Source: a virus. From it: a stretch of DNA of 64,000 bases. Both the position numbers and the translations under genes were made by a program. The notes beneath the pieces were generated by a model that was given only the letters and a program-made list of their open reading frames with translations, made no database searches and was not told the origin of the DNA. Position 1 is the first letter of the stretch; every line of letters starts with the position of its first letter. This document shows positions 57,524-64,000 of this stretch, in pieces. The stretch lies in IMG/VR virus record IMGVR_UViG_3300008227_000004; one strand, 5' to 3'.

Positions 57524-57962
57524 AACACCAGACGAGTACGAAAATCACGGATGTGCATTTTCGGTATTTTTGGCAGGATCGATATCATCAGACGAAGCAA
57601 TCGATTGGCAACAAATGATAGCAGATTCAATGCAGAATAGTAGCGTTGCTCTACTCAATCCAAGGTCGTCAAATTGGATTGAACCGGAAACCACCGAAGC
57701 GTTTAAGATGTTGGTTGATTGGGATTGGGACGCTATGTTGTTTGCGGATTATGTGGTTGTGTATTTCGATGCCAACACACAATCTCCTGTTTCGATGATG
57801 GAGCTGGGGATGTTAGTCATGGCAAAACCAGACAAAACTGTTGTTGTGTGTCCAGATGAGTTCTGGAGATCTAAGCACGTGAATGCGTTGTGTGAGCGTC
57901 ATGGTATCCATACGGTGAAAGACATATACGGTGTGTTGGATTTTTTCAATGAATCAACCTAA
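57483..57962 (+). CDS. nucleoside 2-deoxyribosyltransferase-like (NDT/Rcl fold) protein
   Basis: 159 aa; VFLAGSI near the N-terminus and SPVSMMELGMLVMAKPDKTVVV (catalytic Glu context) resemble the NDT family. Confidence 0.4.
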   Translation: MTNTTNGNYMKHIRTPDEYENHGCAFSVFLAGSISSDEAIDWQQMIADSMQNSSVALLNPRSSNWIEPETTEAFKMLVDWDWDAMLFADYVVVYFDANTQSPVSMMELGMLVMAKPDKTVVVCPDEFWRSKHVNALCERHGIHTVKDIYGVLDFFNEST

Positions 57963-58263
57963 ATGTCCTATCTGTGGACGAGAAGCAGGTGGTCAAATGC
58001 AATCCCATCACCTGCTCCCCCGTACATTCCGCAACCGTACATCTGATGTACACTTGGGTGAAAATCGTGTAGACATACACAAAATGTGCCACCAAAAGAT
58101 CCATGCTACATTTTCGGAGCATGAACTGTTTAGTTTCTATCACACAACAGATAGGATTATCGAACACCCTGAAATGAAAAAGTTTGTTTCGTGGATGAAA
58201 AAGAAGCCGTTAGACTTCTATAGTAAAAACAACGACACCTCTAGTAGGAAGCGCAAAAGGTAA
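57931..58263 (+). CDS. HNH endonuclease
   Basis: 110 aa; CPICG...SHHLLPR...HKMCHQKIH. Confidence 0.55.
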   Translation: MCWIFSMNQPKCPICGREAGGQMQSHHLLPRTFRNRTSDVHLGENRVDIHKMCHQKIHATFSEHELFSFYHTTDRIIEHPEMKKFVSWMKKKPLDFYSKNNDTSSRKRKR

Positions 58264-58277
58264 CCATAAATATTAAC

Positions 58278-58484
58278 ATGGATATACAAACCCAAAAAGA
58301 ACTAATCGAGATGAGACGATTGCTACAGGAACAAACCAAGCAAAACGATAATTTGCGGACTGCAGTGGCAAAGCTACATCAAGAGCTAATACGCACCAAA
58401 ACTCAACTAAAACGAACCACTGAAAATGGTAACCGATCACGAAAAGATCTAAATAATATTTTGCAAACCCTATCCAAGCGTTAA
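58278..58484 (+). CDS. hypothetical coiled-coil protein
   Basis: 68 aa. Confidence 0.4.
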   Translation: MDIQTQKELIEMRRLLQEQTKQNDNLRTAVAKLHQELIRTKTQLKRTTENGNRSRKDLNNILQTLSKR

Positions 58485-58563
58485 AAAAGCCAAAACCACC
58501 AAGGTTTGTAGCCTTTTCAATAAATAATAGATAAATAAAAACAACCACAAGGGTTCAAATACT

Positions 58564-58872
58564 ATGGAAAAGACATTCAAGCAATTTTTGGTTGAAGATG
58601 CCAAAACAAGAGCATCCACCAAACGCATTGCGGACATGATAAACAGTGCCACATCTGGTAAGTTTAACGCTACAGTAGCAACTAAAACTGGCGGCACGAA
58701 TTCTGTGTTGGCAATCACAACCAAAGATGGTAAAATCCCTGCTGCGGTAGATAACGTATTCAGACAGCACAAGATCGGTGTTGGTGATAAAGAATCTGTC
58801 AAAAATAAGGATGGAACAGTTACCATCAAATTTACCACAATGGAAATGAAATGCGGTTTACCGAATACTTAG
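58564..58872 (+). CDS. hypothetical protein (small tandem family, member 1)
   Basis: 102 aa; N-terminus MEKTFKQFLVED shared with the next two ORFs. Confidence 0.5.
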   Translation: MEKTFKQFLVEDAKTRASTKRIADMINSATSGKFNATVATKTGGTNSVLAITTKDGKIPAAVDNVFRQHKIGVGDKESVKNKDGTVTIKFTTMEMKCGLPNT

Positions 58873-59126
58873 CCGAAGCATCTGCATTTAAAGTGTTGAC
58901 TAAACATAAGGTTGAGTTGTCACCCGAAGAACGGGCTACTGTAATGAAAGAAAAAGCCGTTTGGCACCATGGACCAAATGGTAGCCCATCTCCAGCAGTG
59001 TGGAAATCGACAGACAAATCCGGTAAGACAACATATATAACAAATACACACAGAGCGTACAATACAGCGACCACATTAAAAGGCGCGATTGGACGATATC
59101 ACAAATTTATTAAAGGAACGGCGTGA
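58851..59126 (+). CDS. hypothetical protein (family member 2)
   Basis: 91 aa; N-terminus MRFTEYLAEA. Confidence 0.45.
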   Translation: MRFTEYLAEASAFKVLTKHKVELSPEERATVMKEKAVWHHGPNGSPSPAVWKSTDKSGKTTYITNTHRAYNTATTLKGAIGRYHKFIKGTA

Positions 59127-59740
59127 TGGATTTAACATTCAAAGAATTTTTAACAGAGAGCGACACTCACAATTGGGTTCGTAATCCTAGTTCATGGAGC
59201 CAAATATCCTCCAGTCAGGGTAGCAAAGTAGCAAAGAGTACGATAGCCGATGTACCAGTTGTTACTGCTCAAGAATTGTGGGGGAAAGCTTCACCCAAAC
59301 CTATGGATAAGATTGTAAAACATCCCAATCAACGCCGTGTCGTTGTTAAAGTAGGACGGAATACATATCTGGTAGATGTTGGTTTTGAAGGAAGCCGTAG
59401 CCGTAGCTTCAAATTGGTCACTTCTGGATCCATGCTTGGTGATGAACAACGAAAAATAACTTCATCAACAGCACGATCGTGGAGTGATATCCATGGTAGT
59501 GTACCAGCATCGGAAGCTAAAGATTTACCTGTATATTCTGCAGATGCTTTGTGGGATGATGGTGGTAAAGCTACACCAAAGTCACCTTTCAAACAAACAC
59601 CAAAAGAAAAAGCATTTGTTGCAAAGATCGCCAATGCTAAATATTTAATACGTTTGGGTGATAAACCATCTGATAGATCGATTTCACGCGTAAGCCCAGG
59701 TTCGGTTGGTATTTTGGGTTCAAGCTCGAGAAGACGATAA
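59123..59740 (+). CDS. hypothetical protein (family member 3, internally duplicated)
   Basis: 205 aa; N-terminus MMDLTFKEFLTE; two repeats of a (V/L)P(V)...A(Q/D)(E/A)LWG..(A/G)(S/T)PK unit. Confidence 0.5.
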   Translation: MMDLTFKEFLTESDTHNWVRNPSSWSQISSSQGSKVAKSTIADVPVVTAQELWGKASPKPMDKIVKHPNQRRVVVKVGRNTYLVDVGFEGSRSRSFKLVTSGSMLGDEQRKITSSTARSWSDIHGSVPASEAKDLPVYSADALWDDGGKATPKSPFKQTPKEKAFVAKIANAKYLIRLGDKPSDRSISRVSPGSVGILGSSSRRR

Positions 59741-59741
59741 T

Positions 59742-60293
59742 ATGACGTTCCTTCAAGATTTACACGTGCTATCAGAAGCCGGTGATCCTCTTGATGCAAT
59801 ACCAGAAGATGCTTTTGCAGAAGTGCAAAAAAATATCAAAAACGGTGCTAAAGATTTGGATCAAGATTGGGCAAATGCACTAGATTTAGTGCATAAAGCG
59901 TATGATGTGTCGGGTGTGCAACGCCCGACCCCTGATCTAAAGAATGCATGGAAACAATACGAAACAAATTTGCAGTTTGCTGTTGAGCAGTTAGCTAAAT
60001 TTCGTGGTATGGAAGCCGATTGGCGGATGTCATCAGCTATGTTTCACGAAGCATTGGAGCGCAAATTCACATTTCGTGTTGTTGAATTGGGTGGGGATCA
60101 CAGTAAAAGTCATGACGTCGAAGCTACTAGCATGGATGACATCATCGACAAAATTGTTGCTCGCACGAAAGATTCGCATGACGTAAAACGTAAAAAATCC
60201 CGCGACAAAGAAAACCCAAATACTGTAACGTTGGTGTTTTCTAAGTGGGGAATACGCAAAAACTACCAAATCAAAATATCTCAATTATCATGA
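59742..60293 (+). CDS. hypothetical protein
   Basis: 183 aa; first ATG after the upstream stop. Confidence 0.5.
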   Translation: MTFLQDLHVLSEAGDPLDAIPEDAFAEVQKNIKNGAKDLDQDWANALDLVHKAYDVSGVQRPTPDLKNAWKQYETNLQFAVEQLAKFRGMEADWRMSSAMFHEALERKFTFRVVELGGDHSKSHDVEATSMDDIIDKIVARTKDSHDVKRKKSRDKENPNTVTLVFSKWGIRKNYQIKISQLS

Positions 60294-60706
60294 AATTAGT
60301 TGACTTATTCGAAAACGCAAACAACATCAAGTGGGCAACTGGTAAACACGTCGACAAAGGGTTGAGTGTGCACCAACACAACATTAATAGTGGTGACTTC
60401 ACCATGATTAATGTTGATATTAAAAAACTATTTTCTAAAACAATCGATATGCAACAATTGAATCCTGATGTTGCTGATGGCGGATCTAACGCAAAAAATT
60501 TCAGAATTGTCAACGCAAAAAAGTTTTGGGAAGATGGTGGGTACATGGATCTTGCTGTTATCAGTTTTGACTCACACCACAAACTAATCCAATTTACAGA
60601 CGGTCGTCACCGTTTGGTTGCTGCATACCAATTAGGACAGAAAACCGCTCCGGTTCTAGCATACAACAAAAACTTAGATAAACTAAAGGGTTTACTAAAC
60701 ATGTAA
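60290..60706 (+). CDS. ParB-like nuclease domain protein
   Basis: 138 aa; ATGA overlap; FTDGRHRLVAAYQLG resembles the ParB N-terminal DGHHR motif. Confidence 0.4.
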   Translation: MKLVDLFENANNIKWATGKHVDKGLSVHQHNINSGDFTMINVDIKKLFSKTIDMQQLNPDVADGGSNAKNFRIVNAKKFWEDGGYMDLAVISFDSHHKLIQFTDGRHRLVAAYQLGQKTAPVLAYNKNLDKLKGLLNM

Positions 60707-60725
60707 TCCGTAGTATAGTTCTGGT

Positions 60726-61310
60726 TTACACATCTGCCATCACGTGATGTGTGTTACTCTTAGTTTTGTTTTCCGCTTCGGTGATGATACGTAGATTGGC
60801 ATAGCAATGTAGCCCACAAACCAATTCGTGTTGTAGTGGTATAATATGATCCACTTGATAGTTGGTCATTCCGCCGTGTGATAATGCAGCAGCCCTTTTG
60901 TATATAGCTGCTATCAATTCAGCTTCATACCAAGTTGGAGTGGCATTCAATTTTGCTGCCCGTCTGTTAGCAGCATATAGTCTAAACAATTCTTGGTGAT
61001 CGATCCTATATTGTATTGCGTGGTCCGGATTCCGATCCCGCCACATTTGTTGGTATTTGTGATATGATAGTCGGTTCTGACGTTGTCGTTGTTTTTGTTT
61101 CATCAAATATGATTCCCGATTTTTTTGATAATGTTCTTTTTGGTATGTTGGATCTGCCGAATACCGCCGGCGCTCCCGTTCTTGTTTGCACGATGTGCAT
61201 TCACCCGACGACGTCAATCGTTCTGATGTGTGTCCATTTCTGCACACCAGTCCACTAAAATACCTAGTAAGCGTTAACTGTTTTGCTTCAACTCTTGATA
61301 TAATTTTCAT
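60726..61310 (-). CDS. HNH homing endonuclease (minus strand, between + strand genes)
   Basis: 194 aa; N-terminal CRNGH...C..C zinc motif like the 26617 ORF; C-terminal YQVDHIIPLQHELVCGLHCYANLRIITEAENKTKSN HNH core. Confidence 0.6.
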   Translation of the reverse strand: MKIISRVEAKQLTLTRYFSGLVCRNGHTSERLTSSGECTSCKQERERRRYSADPTYQKEHYQKNRESYLMKQKQRQRQNRLSYHKYQQMWRDRNPDHAIQYRIDHQELFRLYAANRRAAKLNATPTWYEAELIAAIYKRAAALSHGGMTNYQVDHIIPLQHELVCGLHCYANLRIITEAENKTKSNTHHVMADV

Positions 61311-61355
61311 ATTGTTGTATTGTTATTGTTTTTAATCATATGTGGATATTTACTA

Positions 61356-62468
61356 ATGAACCAATACCAACAAACTTTATACGATCAATTGATAGCCCTA
61401 ACATCAACCACCGATGCCTTCTTTTTCGCTGATCACACACACGAACGCATTAAATACCGAATTTTCAACTATCGATTAGCATCATATTCGTTGTTTTGTT
61501 TACCGTCAGCGCAAGAATGTCGAGGTATTATGTTTGAATTGGATGAATGTGGGGATGCCATTAGATTAGCTGCACTTCCTATGCACAAATTCTACAATTT
61601 GCACGAAAATCCATTTACTATGGATGTTGACCTAACAACTGTTGATCGAATTATGGTTAAGTCGGATGGTTCGTTAATCTCAACGTACATGCATGGCAGT
61701 GAAATGCGGCTAAAATCCAAAGGATCGTTAGCTTCTGTCCAAGCGATTGATGCTATGGAGTGGTTGAACAAATACGAGAACATCGACTTCAAAATGGACT
61801 TGTTGCACTTCACCCTAAACGGTCACACTGTAAACTTGGAATGGGTGGGACCCGACAATCGAATCGTGTTAGGATACGAGCAGTCAGCATTGATTGTATT
61901 GAATATCCGCGATACTGCCACAGGATTGTATCGCCCTGCCTCTATGTCAACGTTCATCGACTACTCATACCCCAACGTAAAAACAGATGATGTGGTATCG
62001 TTCGTTGAATCTGTACCACGCATGACAGATAGCATTGAAGGCTTCGTTTGTATTACTACAGATGGTTTGTGGTTCAAATTGAAAACAGAAAAATACTTGT
62101 CGTTGCACCGCACGAAAGATTCGATTAACTGCCCACGTAGATTATTCGATGCTTGTGTTGATGATGCTGTTGACGATATGCGCTCAATGTTCTATGATGA
62201 CCCTCAAGCGATCGTGCTTATCGATGAAATGCAAGAATTTGTTGATACACGATACAACCACATGGTTTCCACCGTTGAAACTTTTTTTGCAACAAATGAA
62301 CGATACGATCGCAAAGATTTCGCAATTACAGCTGGTCAAGAGTTAACCAAACAAGAGTTCGGCTTGGTGATGAACCTGTACATGCAACGTCCCGTAGATT
62401 ACAAGGCTTCCATGAAGAAAAATTGGAAGAACTACGGTATTTCAAACGAAAAAACGGAAACAAAATGA
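61356..62468 (+). CDS. rnlA: RNA ligase 1 (T4 RnlA-like)
   Basis: 370 aa; motif I KSDGSLISTYMHG (T4: KEDGSLVSTYLDG); conserved ECRGIMFE, FNLHENPFTM, RIVLGYEQ blocks matching T4 Rnl1. Confidence 0.85.
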   Translation: MNQYQQTLYDQLIALTSTTDAFFFADHTHERIKYRIFNYRLASYSLFCLPSAQECRGIMFELDECGDAIRLAALPMHKFYNLHENPFTMDVDLTTVDRIMVKSDGSLISTYMHGSEMRLKSKGSLASVQAIDAMEWLNKYENIDFKMDLLHFTLNGHTVNLEWVGPDNRIVLGYEQSALIVLNIRDTATGLYRPASMSTFIDYSYPNVKTDDVVSFVESVPRMTDSIEGFVCITTDGLWFKLKTEKYLSLHRTKDSINCPRRLFDACVDDAVDDMRSMFYDDPQAIVLIDEMQEFVDTRYNHMVSTVETFFATNERYDRKDFAITAGQELTKQEFGLVMNLYMQRPVDYKASMKKNWKNYGISNEKTETK

Positions 62469-63052
62469 TGAGAGAACCAGAAATAACAAACAAATCAGAA
62501 TACTTGGCTGCTATGGCTAGTGCATCTGCAGCAATAGGAACCGCAGTCGTTAAACGATCAGGTAAACCGTTTAAGTCATCTAATACACAAAACACGGTGG
62601 TTGGAGTGTGCATTAATCCTAATTCACGAAAAATTGCATACATCTTCGATGAAGATGAATCGATTGTCGATTGTTTCAGATGCAAACCAGCCACCATAGC
62701 ATGTAAAAAGCGGAAGCGTTCCATTACTATTACCGACAAACAACACGGGGATTACTCCGATTATGATTGTGAGGTAACAGCAAACGAGCAAGGTGGGTTG
62801 GAAGTTCTTTGGAACCAACGATTTGAAGTTACTTACGGATACCTATCGGGGTGGCATGACCACATCAAAGGTACCACCGCAGGTACATTCCATGATGATG
62901 GTAGTGGTATTAACATCACTGTTGGTGATAGTAACACAATCATGGTTGATTATTCACAATTATCCGTTTTATATGCCATGCTCAAATACCACAACGAACA
63001 CAGCAAATTTGAGCCTGCACCACTAACTTACACAATACACAAAACCAAATGA
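62465..63052 (+). CDS. hypothetical protein
   Basis: 195 aa; ATGA overlap with rnlA. Confidence 0.5.
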   Translation: MMREPEITNKSEYLAAMASASAAIGTAVVKRSGKPFKSSNTQNTVVGVCINPNSRKIAYIFDEDESIVDCFRCKPATIACKKRKRSITITDKQHGDYSDYDCEVTANEQGGLEVLWNQRFEVTYGYLSGWHDHIKGTTAGTFHDDGSGINITVGDSNTIMVDYSQLSVLYAMLKYHNEHSKFEPAPLTYTIHKTK

Positions 63053-63519
63053 AACATATTATAACATCAATAGCTCTACAAGTAGTAGCAATATTCACAT
63101 TCATGTACGATCCATCAGCATTAAACATGGGTGGTTCCATTCACCCATTGCCAAACTGGCTCGTTGGGATTGCTACCATTTTTGGTAATGTCATGTGGAT
63201 ATGGGGATTGCTACTCATGTTACTTGCATGCATTTTCACAATCTCATCGTTCGTCGATGATGGTGCTGCTGTGGTGCAAGCTAGTCATGACTCCGCCAAC
63301 GAAACCACAATAACACCATCCACGCAATGGTTAGCCACTTTGCTGTTGTATACCTCAGGTATAGTAGGTATCATAGGATTGGGATCGGGGTTTTGGTTCA
63401 CAGGTATTTGGTGGCTTATTGCATTGGTGGCCATGACTAAGTACCGTCGGGAATTCTGGAAACAAGTCCACTTAAATCACAACAACCTAAAAGACAATGA
63501 AGAGCATCCACTCAAGTAA
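63049..63519 (+). CDS. multi-TM membrane protein
   Basis: 156 aa; 4 TM helices; ATGA overlap. Confidence 0.5.
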   Translation: MKHIITSIALQVVAIFTFMYDPSALNMGGSIHPLPNWLVGIATIFGNVMWIWGLLLMLLACIFTISSFVDDGAAVVQASHDSANETTITPSTQWLATLLLYTSGIVGIIGLGSGFWFTGIWWLIALVAMTKYRREFWKQVHLNHNNLKDNEEHPLK

Positions 63520-63865
63520 CGATTTGCGGTTAGTGCAGGTCAATGCACTAACCGTTATATGTACCGCCACACCTGGAATTAATCCCGTCCATGAGTTTAA
63601 CACAATTGGACAAGATTTGAAGGCGGTTGGTTTTAATGGTACTATCATATTCGACCTATTGTGCTGCAATGGGTTGAGTACCAACCGATTCATTCGGGCC
63701 CACATCAGCGACGGTGTTATTGATCGATCATCGCTTGAAGTTGCGAGTAATCTAGCAGATGACTTGCTGAACCATCAAAACGAATACATGCGTGCACACC
63801 CATCGTTCGTTAGACACAGTGTGCTATCTAGTGTTCAGGTTAAGCAGTTCCTCGGTCACGCTTGA
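63497..63865 (+). CDS. hypothetical protein
   Basis: 122 aa. Confidence 0.45.
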   Translation: MKSIHSSNDLRLVQVNALTVICTATPGINPVHEFNTIGQDLKAVGFNGTIIFDLLCCNGLSTNRFIRAHISDGVIDRSSLEVASNLADDLLNHQNEYMRAHPSFVRHSVLSSVQVKQFLGHA

Positions 63866-63891
63866 CACTCCATCCCACTTTAGGGTATACT
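63862..63891 (+). promoter_or_regulatory. sigma70-like early promoter (TTGACA, 18 nt, TATACT)
   Basis: TTTAGGGTATACT -10 context identical to the promoters at 14295 and 4679. Confidence 0.45.
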
Positions 63892-64000
63892 TTACGTTCT
63901 TTCAACAAATCAATAGGTAACAACTGTGGATATCACATTAATATTACTATTGGGTGGCGCATTACTGATCCCTTTAGTATCCAAGCAAATTTTTAATACC

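Noticed and set aside
1-64000. CRISPR arrays, rRNA genes, integrase/attachment sites, large tandem repeats
   Set aside because: No regularly spaced direct repeats, rRNA-like sequence, or tyrosine/serine recombinase motifs were seen. The only repeats are short paralogous gene segments and the 51.2-51.4 kb block.

Overview
The window looks like a hyperplastic early-gene region of a large T4-like myovirus. Nearly all genes are on the + strand, tightly packed with ATGA-type start/stop overlaps. There are repeated sigma70-like early promoters (TTGACA, 17 nt, TATACT/TATAAT), one good T4-type late promoter (TATAAATA) and several rho-independent terminators. Genes I recognise: T4-type RNA ligase 1 (RnlA), a CCA-adding tRNA nucleotidyltransferase, a cluster of about 7 tRNA genes with an HNH endonuclease inside it, and an NAD+ salvage pair (NadV/Nampt plus NatV/bifunctional NMNAT-Nudix, as in vibriophage KVP40) split by an HNH homing endonuclease. 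Also recognised: an NAD-dependent DNA ligase with a BRCT domain, two NADAR (DUF1768) paralogs, a macro-like domain protein, a MazG-like NTP pyrophosphatase, an M15 peptidase endolysin with peptidoglycan-binding repeats, a calcineurin-like phosphoesterase, an SNase-like secreted nuclease, an HD-domain (p)ppGpp-hydrolase-like protein, a class 3 lipase, a type IV pilin-like protein, a possible complete ABC importer (OmpA-fused binding protein, permease, ATPase), a minus-strand envelope module including a predicted beta-barrel outer-membrane protein, and five HNH endonucleases. No CRISPR array, rRNA or integrase was seen. Most other ORFs are small hypothetical early genes, several in paralogous families. 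All function calls are from motif reading only; no searches were run.
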